Assembly (NCBI GenBank): GCA_039815185.1
Contig: JBCBZT010000034.1
Location: forward strand, 1-64,000
Origin: Cyanobacteria bacterium P01_A01_bin.123
Lineage (GTDB): Bacteria; Cyanobacteriota; Cyanobacteriia; Phormidesmidales; Phormidesmidaceae
DNA: 64,000 nt
Direction of reading: 5' to 3'
Within the stretch, counting starts at the first letter, position 1; every line of letters begins with the position of its first letter. The notes under the pieces were generated by a model. The model was not told where the DNA came from and did not search any database. It was given only the letters and a program-made list of their open reading frames with translations. Positions 30,543 to 40,365 of this stretch are shown piece by piece. Both the position numbers and the translations under genes were made by a program.

Positions 30543-32027
30543 CTACAATTTCGTCTCGATTTCAACGCTGGGTGCTTCGTCTGTCATTGAGAAGCCTGCG
30601 TAGGCAATCTGCCCATGCTCGTGGATATCGAGCCCCTCAATTTCCTCATAGCCATGGACACGGATGCCAATTGTTGCCTTCAATGCCATCCAGCAGATTA
30701 AGCCTGTGATGATCGTAAAGACACCATAAGCAAGCACCCCCAACAACTGCACGTTAAACTGCTGAACACCGGCATTCTCGCCAAAGATACCGACGGCCAA
30801 GGTAGCCCAGATACCGTTGCAGAGATGGACTGAAACAGCCCCTACCGGATCATCAATTTGTAGGGAATCAAAGAAATCAATCGCGAACACCACCAGTACA
30901 CCTGAAACGCAGCCAATGATGATGGCTGATACAAACGACACCTGGTTGCAACTAGCAGTGATACCCACCAACCCTGCCAGAATGCCATTAATCACCATGC
31001 CTAAGTCTGGTTTTTTATTCTTGAACCAAGAGACAAAAGTAGCAATAGTCCCTCCAGCAGCACCCGATAGGTTGGTTGTGATGGCAATATAAGCAATATT
31101 TTCATTAGCCGCCAACTCAGATCCAGGATTAAACCCAAACCAACCAATCCAGAGAATCAAACAGCCTAGCGTGGCTAAACTGAGGTTATGGCCCGGAATT
31201 GGCTTCACGAGTTTGTCCTCATACTTGCCGTAGCGGGCACCCAGGACAATTGCCCCGACTAGGGCCGACCATCCTCCAACACTGTGCACCACCGTCGAGC
31301 CCGCAAAGTCGGCAAAACCTAAATTAGCTAACCAGCCGCCGCCCCAAGTCCATTTGCCCGAGATGCAGTAAAAGGCGATATTAACCACACTAAAGATCAA
31401 AAAGGCGTCAAATCGAATCCGCTCAGCCACTGCTCCCGATACGATGGTGGCGGATGTCGCCGCAAAAGCCGCCTGAAACAGGAAGAAAATAGTAATTGGC
31501 AAACCTGCGGGGAAGGGATCCAAACCATAGGTGGCCGAGTCGCCCGACATAAAGAAACCCGTCAGGCCAATAAAGCTATTGCCCTGACCAAACATCAACC
31601 CAAAACCAATCGCCCAGTATGTGAGCAGGGCCAACCCAAATACAATTAGATTTTTAGAGAGGATATTAACCGCGTTTTTCTGGCGGCACATCCCCACCTC
31701 TAACATGCCGAAGCCGGCATTCATAAAGACCACTAGGGTAGACGCCACCAAAATCCAAACCACGTTGAGATATCCCTGCTGCAGCGCCACCTGCTCTGCC
31801 AGGGACTCTAGGGTGACATCATCCTGGGCAAACGTCACCGTAGATAAGCCGATGACAATCCAGGCTGAGACACAGAAAAACACCATGGTGCGGTGTCGAG
31901 TTACCCATCTCAATAACTGAGCTAAGGCATCGCGATAACGGGTATTAACTACCAAGGGAGGACAACCATCTGTCTTCCCTTTGATTTGCTCGACATGACT
32001 AGACATTGTCACTCCTAATTCAAACAT
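30543..32027 (-). CDS. amt: ammonium transporter
   Basis: [46 protein letters not shown]; start uncertain. Confidence 0.96.
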   Translation of the reverse strand: MFELGVTMSSHVEQIKGKTDGCPPLVVNTRYRDALAQLLRWVTRHRTMVFFCVSAWIVIGLSTVTFAQDDVTLESLAEQVALQQGYLNVVWILVASTLVVFMNAGFGMLEVGMCRQKNAVNILSKNLIVFGLALLTYWAIGFGLMFGQGNSFIGLTGFFMSGDSATYGLDPFPAGLPITIFFLFQAAFAATSATIVSGAVAERIRFDAFLIFSVVNIAFYCISGKWTWGGGWLANLGFADFAGSTVVHSVGGWSALVGAIVLGARYGKYEDKLVKPIPGHNLSLATLGCLILWIGWFGFNPGSELAANENIAYIAITTNLSGAAGGTIATFVSWFKNKKPDLGMVINGILAGLVGITASCNQVSFVSAIIIGCVSGVLVVFAIDFFDSLQIDDPVGAVSVHLCNGIWATLAVGIFGENAGVQQFNVQLLGVLAYGVFTIITGLICWMALKATIGIRVHGYEEIEGLDIHEHGQIAYAGFSMTDEAPSVEIETKL

Positions 32028-32568
32028 TGAGTTAGCCCCTGAAGAGGTGAAACCAGTAAACTCTGAACCTCACAATCAGCTAAACAGCTGAAAATCCAAA
32101 GTCATAAAGGCCACAAAAGATCAAGGCTATAGCCTCAGAAAAATGCAACTAAATCTTTCAAATGAGTCGTCCAAACCCCATCAGATACTTTGTAGATACC
32201 CCATCACCTTTACTTAAAGAAGGTCATACCTGAAATCCTCTCACTTATTGCTCCAGAGACAGAGATTTCAGTAGAGTTAGCAAGTATTAAAACTCAGAAG
32301 TTCAACAAAAGTAAAGTCTGATTATTCGGTCAATTACCTTTAAACAAACTGAGTCAAGTATAAAGAGAAATAAATAATTCGGAATTGACTAAACTACTAC
32401 AGTAAAAATGCGAACCAAAAAATGACCCATATTAGGACAAGAAACGTCTGACCTAGTTCACTCACAGGGCTCAGCTAAAGAAATTCAATCTAAGCACCTT
32501 GATTGAACATCTGCATGAGCTGCCTTTTACATCTGCCTCTATATTCAATCAAGACAATTGGGAAAAGC

Positions 32569-32593
32569 AAAGTCGGGAAAGTCGGAAAGCTGG
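32569..32593 (-). promoter_or_regulatory. 9-bp tandem repeat upstream of amt
   Basis: aaagtcggg-aaagtcgga-aagctgg (= TTTCCGAC on the minus strand). Confidence 0.5.
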
Positions 32594-32784
32594 TTTCATG
32601 ACAATCTAATAAGGGTATAAAATCTTCATTTACTTTAAATATTCAATCCTTAATTTTTTCGCTCCCAAACAATCTCAAAAAGCCAGCATCTAAGATTTCA
32701 CTGAAAACTCCGCACTAATTTCTGACTCTCAGTAGCTATATCTATCTTCAGCGAAATCCTGAGTCATTTGTTTTTTGATTCATA

Positions 32785-34143
32785 TCAGAAACTTTGAAAG
32801 CTCAGCTGTTGTTTAAAGTATGAACGATATACTTCACAACTCGATACAGCTTTGCAGCCTTGTATCTTGATTAGTCCAAGACTTTCTAATCGATACATTG
32901 TAACCGCATCCAGTTCTACACCTCCCTCGGTAGAAACGATTTGTTTAAGTGCAGTGGCTAGGTCGGGATCGCGTTTCAGCAGTGCCAAATAATTTCGTAG
33001 ATGATCACCATAAATGCCAGATGGTGTGGAAGCCATTTTGATTAGATCTGCTGACTCTAAATTTTGAGTCACGAGATGATAGAAAAACACATTCACTAAA
33101 TAAGGGTGCCCACCCACTAAATCTACCAATTGTTGAGCACACGAACTATCAACCTGGTCTAATCCATATCGAGCCGCTAATTCATAGACTTGAAGCGTTG
33201 TAAATCCAGGCAATTTGATCACTTGACCAATATTAAATGGAGATTGATGAATCTTTAAGGGAACATAAATTTCAGTCGCATGGGCAATGACCAGGCGGAG
33301 ATTGCGCCAACTCAGACTCCACTTCGCTTTTTCATGCCAGGAACGGAGCAATGGGAAAAAATCTTGAGCGATCTTGGGATGTTCAATCAGGTCTTCAGCA
33401 CCGGAAATAATCAGCACAATGGGGGTTCGAGTTCGCTCAAGAATGTGTGCTTGGTAGTAGAGTTCGCTACTGATTTTGTACCCCATTGATGAATCCCAAT
33501 ATTCTTCGAGCTTAGGGGGGATATTCAGTTCTTGACTCACCCGCAAACAAAACCATTGCAGAAACGTATCTATACTTGTGAATACAGCTTTATCAACGGT
33601 TTGCAAATCTAGATGGGCAGTTTGATAGCCCTGTTGTTCGGCAAATTGAATGAGCCGAAATACCAGGGAAGTTTTTCCCATTTTTTGAGGGGCTTTGATG
33701 CGCAGAAAGCCGCCAGGACGTTGAATTTCTGAATAAGCTAAGTGTTCGTTGGGCGGGCGATCGATATACAGCGGCGAATAGGGCGACAACGGGCCAGACG
33801 GATACTGCAAATGGCTAGGGGGGGACACTGCGGTAACCGTTACAGGCACCTGTGGTTCGAGCGTTAGACTTGGGCTAGTCATCAGAGGGGATGACTGTAA
33901 ACGCTCTCGGAGGACAAAGAGCAAACTCTTTTTGGTAACACGTTGTCCCAGGGCTTGGGAAATCTCTCGCCATAGCTTATAGCCCGTGTCCTTGAGGTGG
34001 GCATCCCCATAACCTGAGTGTTGCGCCATTTGGTCATAGGTCTGCTTGTTCCAACTTTGCCCGAGCACAATCCGCTCCGCAGGGCTAAGCTGCCGCTTGA
34101 GAAACCGTTCTTCAATTGTCAGCAGAACTTGATCGGGATCCAT
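32785..34143 (-). CDS. N-terminal HTH + AAA-like (AAA_35) protein
   Basis: LSPAERIVL...TYDQMA...LKDTGYKLW HTH; LYIDRPP, APQKMGKT, QSPFNIG, GGHPYL. Confidence 0.85.
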   Translation of the reverse strand: MDPDQVLLTIEERFLKRQLSPAERIVLGQSWNKQTYDQMAQHSGYGDAHLKDTGYKLWREISQALGQRVTKKSLLFVLRERLQSSPLMTSPSLTLEPQVPVTVTAVSPPSHLQYPSGPLSPYSPLYIDRPPNEHLAYSEIQRPGGFLRIKAPQKMGKTSLVFRLIQFAEQQGYQTAHLDLQTVDKAVFTSIDTFLQWFCLRVSQELNIPPKLEEYWDSSMGYKISSELYYQAHILERTRTPIVLIISGAEDLIEHPKIAQDFFPLLRSWHEKAKWSLSWRNLRLVIAHATEIYVPLKIHQSPFNIGQVIKLPGFTTLQVYELAARYGLDQVDSSCAQQLVDLVGGHPYLVNVFFYHLVTQNLESADLIKMASTPSGIYGDHLRNYLALLKRDPDLATALKQIVSTEGGVELDAVTMYRLESLGLIKIQGCKAVSSCEVYRSYFKQQLSFQSF

Positions 34144-34369
34144 ACGTTCATATGCTGGTTTTAATAACTCAAGTTTTCAGAAGAAATTCTTCTATATCTG
34201 CGGCTAAAAATAGTATCAAAAATCACACAATGTTATCTAGTAGGTGGCTGTAATGCCTTGAAGTACAACCCATCAGCTTTCCTGATTAGCCCAAGACCAG
34301 GAGAACTCCGGGAAATCACTTATTACTTTCTCACACAATTTTAGAAGGAGGCATCACACAAGTTTTCAC

Positions 34370-34405
34370 TTTCTGCCTTTCTCCGTCTTTTCCGTCTTTT
34401 CCGAC
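34370..34405 (+). promoter_or_regulatory. 9-bp tandem repeat upstream of the HTH-AAA gene
   Basis: ttctccgtc-ttttccgtc-ttttccgac. Confidence 0.5.
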
Positions 34406-34543
34406 CTATCTTTCAGTAGATGAGTTCATGTTTTGAAACGAATTTCCCTGAAAATCAATGCAAACGATTAAAACACATCTAATATTTAGGCACAGGGGGC
34501 TTCACCCTTCTTTACTTATCCACAAAAGATCTTTTGGCTACCG

Positions 34544-37500
34544 TCAATCTTCTGATAAGCCATCACAGAGGGTGCGATCGCCCTCTGCTACCTCGACATT
34601 CGTGCGTAAATAATCTGCCACCCAATCGCAAGCATAGTTCAGCTCATTTAAAGACAGGATCTCCTCTAAATTCCAAAGGGTGAGGGTGCCATCTTCAGTG
34701 ACCGTTATCAGCTCGCCTCTGTTGCTAAATTTCACACTCCTGAAGCCAGCCCCATGTCCATAGAGGGTTTTGAGTTTATCTCCATCCAGAGACCACAAAA
34801 TAACGGTGTTATCACCACTGGCAGTGGCCAGCATTTGTCCATCAGCACTAAAATCCACCCCAAAAATACCCGTGGTGTGTCCTTCAAAGGTGCTGACCAA
34901 GGTGCCATCCCATCGCCATAATTTGGCTGTTCGATCGGCACTGGCCGAGGCAAAAAACTGACCGTCCGGACTTACCGATAGCCCAAAAATATCTGAATCG
35001 TGGGCTTCAATCCTATGCCGACGGGTACCATCAGCATCCCAAATCTGAACAGTCCCATCCGATCCTGATGAGACAAAGCTTTGATCGTCGGGGCTAAACG
35101 CCACACGATAGATCCGCCCATTATGCCCATCAAGGGTATGTATGAGTTCTCCCTCGACCGTCCAAATTCGGATGGTTCCATCTTCTGCCCCCGCCACCAC
35201 GCGTTGATTGTCAGCGCTAAAGGCAGCATCCCAAATTTGGAGTTGATGCCCCTCTAAATCCCGCAGAAAACGCCCCTCCTGGGTCCAAAGTTTAAGGGTG
35301 CCGTTGTGTCCAGTCGTCGCCATCATTTGACCATCTGGGCTGAAGTCAAATCCAAACAGGATCTCGTCCGTTTGTAGTGTGGCAACGATGTTCCGCTCCT
35401 TGTCCCAGATATGAACCATCGTGCTATCGCCAGAAATAATCCGGTCACCTTGAGGACTGATGGCCAGATCCCAAATCTCATCATTTAGAAAGATGGTTTT
35501 GAGCAGTGATGTTTCCCACTGCCTGAGCTGCGCTGTATTGCGAGTGCCGGTCATCACGATGGATTGAACATCGGTGGGAGAAAAGCTGAGTTCGCGGATA
35601 TCTCCTGGGGTTTGAAGGATGCGCCAAGGGTTTCCATCTTTTCCCCAAATCCAAAGGGTTTTATCTAGACCTGCGGAGGCGATCGCAGTTCCATCAGCCG
35701 CAAATGCCACGTCTTCAACCCGCTTTGTGTGCCCCGTCAGGGTTGTGATGGGGGCCCCATCAAGCTGCCAGAGCTGTACCACTTGACCGTCGCCGCCAGT
35801 GGCCACTAAGTTTCCTGTAGTGCTAAAGGCCACACTCCAAAGACTGCCACCTTCGAGGGCTCCCGGTAATGTCCCTAGGAGTTGACCATCGGGAGTCCAG
35901 ACTTTGGCAGTATTATCCAGACTCGCCGAAGCGATGGTTTGATCCACTGGACTCACGGCGACTTGCCAAACCATGCTTTGATGCCCCGACAACGTTGTGA
36001 GCAAAGTCCCGTCTAGATTCCATACCTTAGCCTGCTGATCGGCGCCACCTGAGACTAAAAATTCTCCCATGGGGCTAAAGGCTAAAGTCCAGGCAGCTCC
36101 TTCATGGGCCTGGATCGTTTGCACCAATGTTTTTGATTCAAGATTCCAAATTTGTAAGCTACCGTCCAAATTGGTTGCCGCTAGCAAGGGACGTTGGGGA
36201 TGAAACGCGACACCAAAGGTGGTGGCATTACCGGCAAAGGTGTGGAGGAGTTGGCCGTTCTTAGCCCAGAGCTTGACGGTTTGATCGCCACTAGCGGTCG
36301 CAATTAATTCTCCATCCGGGCTGTAGGCGACCCCCAAAACGTGTCCTTCATGGCCTGACAACCGATTCCGTTCACTCATCCAATAGACAATCTGGTTGAG
36401 GGCACGATCTGCCGCCGCTTCTAACTGCGGATCAGGCTGCTCAAGATCCTGGAGCCGGCGCTTCGCTTTGATGGCATCAACTAGGGCCTCTAATTCTTGG
36501 TGGGAGGCAAACCGCCCTTCTGCCGATGAGATCAGGGCTCGAATTTCATTCAAGCGAGAGGTCTGTTCACTGGCGATCGCTCGACGATATTGGCGAAAAG
36601 CCACTAGACCCAATAAGGACACGATCACTAACGCACCTGAGATCATTCCCAGAAGAATTCGCTGTAGACGAGTGGTGCGTCTAGCCGCTTGGGCCTTCTC
36701 TAAATCCAGCGACTTCTGAATTTCAGCCTGTTCTTGCTCTTGACCCAGAGACAAAAATCGATAGTCTAAGTCGCTCAGGCTTTTGCCCCGAGCCCAGGCT
36801 TGGGCGTCCCGTAATGCCTGTCCCCGCAGCAATCGCGATTCATCCACTTGCTGTGAGCCTACCCAGGCATTAAACATTTCCGAGTAAGGACGTAGGGCGC
36901 CCAACTGGCGCTGCACCCAATCTAGATCAAATACGTTTTCATAAATGCGGTTTTTAACCCGGAGATAGCCCCCTTGCTGCACCATCAGACCGCTAAGCAG
37001 TAGCTCTATTTGGTCCCGACTATCGTCGGTAGCGATGGTTTGCCCCTCTAGCCAGCGTTGATAGAGGCCCAATAAACGTCCCGTACGGCGGTCATCGTAG
37101 AGCAACCGATCGCGAATCGTGCGCAAATGCTCGGGCTCATCTTGGGATTCCCAGTGATCAATGATCTGCGATCGCACCACACTTTCCACCCAGAATCGCT
37201 CCATCCCAGGGGGTACACTCAGCGGCTCATTGATCGCGGTTTGGCTAGAGACAACCAATAACTGGCAGACCTTTTGAATGAGAAACGGTTGGCCCCCCGT
37301 CCAATTCAACACTTCTTGCAAAATGGCGGCAGTGTTTGGGGTTTGAATCTGCAAGCCATGGGCTAAAGGAGCTGCTGCTTCGAGGCTAACCCCACTCAGC
37401 ACAATGGCCCGACCAATATTAAACGGGGTGCGTTGTTTATCGGCAATTAAATCTGTCGGGGTCGCGACCCCAAAGATGGCAAAGGTCAGGCGTTTGTAGT

Positions 37501-38011
37501 CTGGTTCGACGGCTCGCCGGTTGTAGCAAAAGCGGATTAGCGCAAAGAAGTCATCTACTGAAAAGGGCAGGTTGAGCAGACTATCTACTTCATCGATAAA
37601 GATAAACAGCCGTTGGTCAGAGCACTGAGTTAGAACTGTTTCAATAAACTGACTCAAAATCTGAGTCAAAGAAAGATGACTTCGCGCCTCCCACCAATCG
37701 CGAATATCAAGGGTTGTTAACAAATCAAGCTGTAGTGCCAGGGTGGCCATTAAGCCCCGATACCATTGTTCCGGCGTGATCTGGTCACTGCCAATGTTGG
37801 TGACATCGACGACTGCACAGCGATGCCCCTCGGCCTGGAGTCGATGCCAACTGCGCACCATCAGCGATGATTTGCCCATTTGGCGGGAATTGAAAACGTA
37901 GCAAAACTCCCCTGCTAATAGCGCTGTGTAGAGGTCTCTATCGGCTTGACGTTCAATATAGGTTGGGGCGTTGTAGTCGAGACTGCCACCAATTTGGTAA
38001 TAGTTGGCCAT
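34544..38011 (-). CDS. AAA-like (AAA_35) NTPase + TM + WD40 repeats
   Basis: YIERQAD, NSRQMGKS, FIDEVD, RTPFNIG; TM; many GH...W repeats. Confidence 0.92.
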   Translation of the reverse strand: MANYYQIGGSLDYNAPTYIERQADRDLYTALLAGEFCYVFNSRQMGKSSLMVRSWHRLQAEGHRCAVVDVTNIGSDQITPEQWYRGLMATLALQLDLLTTLDIRDWWEARSHLSLTQILSQFIETVLTQCSDQRLFIFIDEVDSLLNLPFSVDDFFALIRFCYNRRAVEPDYKRLTFAIFGVATPTDLIADKQRTPFNIGRAIVLSGVSLEAAAPLAHGLQIQTPNTAAILQEVLNWTGGQPFLIQKVCQLLVVSSQTAINEPLSVPPGMERFWVESVVRSQIIDHWESQDEPEHLRTIRDRLLYDDRRTGRLLGLYQRWLEGQTIATDDSRDQIELLLSGLMVQQGGYLRVKNRIYENVFDLDWVQRQLGALRPYSEMFNAWVGSQQVDESRLLRGQALRDAQAWARGKSLSDLDYRFLSLGQEQEQAEIQKSLDLEKAQAARRTTRLQRILLGMISGALVIVSLLGLVAFRQYRRAIASEQTSRLNEIRALISSAEGRFASHQELEALVDAIKAKRRLQDLEQPDPQLEAAADRALNQIVYWMSERNRLSGHEGHVLGVAYSPDGELIATASGDQTVKLWAKNGQLLHTFAGNATTFGVAFHPQRPLLAATNLDGSLQIWNLESKTLVQTIQAHEGAAWTLAFSPMGEFLVSGGADQQAKVWNLDGTLLTTLSGHQSMVWQVAVSPVDQTIASASLDNTAKVWTPDGQLLGTLPGALEGGSLWSVAFSTTGNLVATGGDGQVVQLWQLDGAPITTLTGHTKRVEDVAFAADGTAIASAGLDKTLWIWGKDGNPWRILQTPGDIRELSFSPTDVQSIVMTGTRNTAQLRQWETSLLKTIFLNDEIWDLAISPQGDRIISGDSTMVHIWDKERNIVATLQTDEILFGFDFSPDGQMMATTGHNGTLKLWTQEGRFLRDLEGHQLQIWDAAFSADNQRVVAGAEDGTIRIWTVEGELIHTLDGHNGRIYRVAFSPDDQSFVSSGSDGTVQIWDADGTRRHRIEAHDSDIFGLSVSPDGQFFASASADRTAKLWRWDGTLVSTFEGHTTGIFGVDFSADGQMLATASGDNTVILWSLDGDKLKTLYGHGAGFRSVKFSNRGELITVTEDGTLTLWNLEEILSLNELNYACDWVADYLRTNVEVAEGDRTLCDGLSED

Positions 38012-38255
38012 CGTTGCAATCGCGGCTGGATCGGGACAATATTGCCACGTATAACCTCTACAATAGGTCTGTTTTGGACAAGATTTGAAGCTTGGTCACC
38101 ATCGGATTTTGCAAGCCAGTGTTATGGAGGTAGCGCCTGGATTAGCTGATCTATCCTTTCCATACTGATGGGCTCTAAAAGTTTGCGTGTTTATTGATTT
38201 TCTTCTGGCATGATCAATACCGTAGCCATCAATCTATAAGCGGGGCGTAGCGAAC

Positions 38256-39662
38256 ATGCTTTGTCCAGAAGCGTTATTGCAAATGAAACCCTTCCAGGCT
38301 TTGCCCCTTGAACGGTTGGATTGGATCTGCGATCGCGTTGAACACATCCAGCTCGTCCCTGGTGAAGTCCTTGTCCGTGAAGGCGAACCGACCAAAGGCT
38401 TTTTTATTCAGCTCAGCGGCCACATCACCGTCAGTCGAAGCGGTAACGGTGCTGATATACCTGTGGGTCGCCACCAAAGCCCCTCATTCTTTGGCGAAGT
38501 CCAAGCCCTGACCGAAGATTTGGTCCCCGTTACCCTGACCGCTGATATCGAGACTGACCTCTACCGCCTCAACTGTTGCGATTTCCTCGATTTGCTCCAC
38601 GGCTGCCGCGAGTTCGAAAAAGATATCTTCCGTACCGTGAGCAAACGGCTGCGGGGGCTGGAGTCTTTCATTCACACTCGAGAAAAAATGGCCGCCTTAG
38701 GGACGCTTTCTGCTGGATTGGCCCACGAACTCAATAATCCTGCCGCTGCCCTCGTGCGGGCGCTCAAAGATCTCAAACCTGCCATGCTTGAACTGCAGCG
38801 CATGAATCTGGTATATGGCCAGCAGCAGGTGGATGAGGCCCATACAGACCAGTGGGAAATGCTGCGCGACCAAGGTTTTGCAGCCATAGACCACCCCAAA
38901 AACGACCCGTTAGCCCAAGGCGATCGCGAAGATGCCCTCACAGATTGGTTAGAAGACTATGGTGTGGCAGAAGCCTGGAAGCTGGCCGAACCCCTAGCCG
39001 CTGGCGAGATTGAACCAGCCGCCCTAGACGCAATCATGTCTCGTTGGCGCAATGACCCCACTGAACTGCGAGACATGGGTCTACGCTGGCTGGCCCTTTC
39101 TTTTGATGTGATGGGCATGATCCGCAACGGATTGGATGGTGCCGAGCGCATCTCTACACTAGTGCAGTCGATGAAGTCTTATTCCTACATGGATCGGGCT
39201 GCCCAGCAACAGATCAACATCCACGACGGCATCGAAGATACGCTACGCCTGTTTGCTTTTAAGCTGAAGCATGGCGTCAAAGTCGAGCGCCACTACGACC
39301 CAGATCTTCCAGAGATCATGGCCTTTGGTAGCGAATTAAACCAGGTCTGGACGAATCTGATCGGCAACGCCATTGACGCTCTCAACGAAGGCACCCCGGA
39401 TGGTGCACCCCCACAGATTGTGATTCGCACATGTCAAAAGGGGGGGCGCCTACGCGTTGAGATCGAAGACAACGGCCCTGGCATTCCCCCCGAGGTACAA
39501 AATCGTATTTTGGAACCCTTTTTTACCACCAAACCCATGGGTAAAGGCTCTGGTCTTGGGCTCGACATAGCGCGGCGAATCGTGGACAACCGCCATAGCG
39601 GCAGCTTAATGGTCGAATCGGTACCTGGGAAAACTTGCTTCGCAGTGTTGTTGCCCCTGTAG
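38256..39662 (+). CDS. cNMP-binding domain sensor histidine kinase
   Basis: FFGE cNMP fold; AGLAHELNNP H-box; NQVWTNL, DNGPG, FFTTK, GSGLGL. Confidence 0.92.
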   Translation: MLCPEALLQMKPFQALPLERLDWICDRVEHIQLVPGEVLVREGEPTKGFFIQLSGHITVSRSGNGADIPVGRHQSPSFFGEVQALTEDLVPVTLTADIETDLYRLNCCDFLDLLHGCREFEKDIFRTVSKRLRGLESFIHTREKMAALGTLSAGLAHELNNPAAALVRALKDLKPAMLELQRMNLVYGQQQVDEAHTDQWEMLRDQGFAAIDHPKNDPLAQGDREDALTDWLEDYGVAEAWKLAEPLAAGEIEPAALDAIMSRWRNDPTELRDMGLRWLALSFDVMGMIRNGLDGAERISTLVQSMKSYSYMDRAAQQQINIHDGIEDTLRLFAFKLKHGVKVERHYDPDLPEIMAFGSELNQVWTNLIGNAIDALNEGTPDGAPPQIVIRTCQKGGRLRVEIEDNGPGIPPEVQNRILEPFFTTKPMGKGSGLGLDIARRIVDNRHSGSLMVESVPGKTCFAVLLPL

Positions 39663-39687
39663 AGGATGGGGGATGGGGGCAATCACC

Positions 39688-40365
39688 CTACTGATTAATC
39701 TTGAGACGGTATCCCATCCCTCTGACTGTCTCGATATAGTCGCTGCCCAGCTTTCTGCGCAAGTGTCTAATGTAAACTTCGATGATGTTGGAACCGGGGT
39801 CATAGTCATAGCCCCAAACCCGGTTCAGCAGTTGTTCTTTACTCATCACCTGCATGGGGTGTCTCAGCAGAACCTCCGCCAGCACAAACTCACGCGCTGA
39901 TAGCTCAACGCCGCGATTGGCCACCCAGGCCTGCCGAGTGATTAAATCCAGGGTCAACTCACCGACTCTCAGCAAGGTCTCTGATTGGCGGGGTTGGTTG
40001 CCGGGGCGATCGCGCAGTTGCACTTTAATCCGAGCCAGTAGCTCCTCAAAGCGAAAGGGTTTGGTCATGTAGTCATTAGCTCCCCCCTCCAACGCCGTGA
40101 CAGTATCGTCTATGCCGTCACGGGCCGTCAGCACAATGACTGGCAGTAGATCTCCCTGCCCGCGCAACTCGTTCAACACGGCTAAGCCATCTTTGCCGGG
40201 AAGCCCCAAATCCAAAATCATCAGGTCAAAGTCTGCGCTGCGGGCTAGCTGGGCAGCTTGATGGCCATCCTCAACCACCAGCGTGGTAAAACCGTGTGCT
40301 TTGAGCCCCGTTTTCAAAAAGTCAGTGATGTGAGGATTGTCTTCGGCGATGAGGATGCGATTCAT
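39688..40365 (-). CDS. OmpR family response regulator
   Basis: IAED, ILD, LTAR, KPF, wHTH ending TVRGMGY. Confidence 0.95.
   Translation of the reverse strand: MNRILIAEDNPHITDFLKTGLKAHGFTTLVVEDGHQAAQLARSADFDLMILDLGLPGKDGLAVLNELRGQGDLLPVIVLTARDGIDDTVTALEGGANDYMTKPFRFEELLARIKVQLRDRPGNQPRQSETLLRVGELTLDLITRQAWVANRGVELSAREFVLAEVLLRHPMQVMSKEQLLNRVWGYDYDPGSNIIEVYIRHLRRKLGSDYIETVRGMGYRLKINQ

Noticed and set aside
32028..32784. Glutamine (glnA) riboswitch or NtcA box upstream of amt
   Set aside because: No matching conserved riboswitch segments or perfect GTA-N8-TAC found by eye; an Infernal/Rfam scan would be decisive
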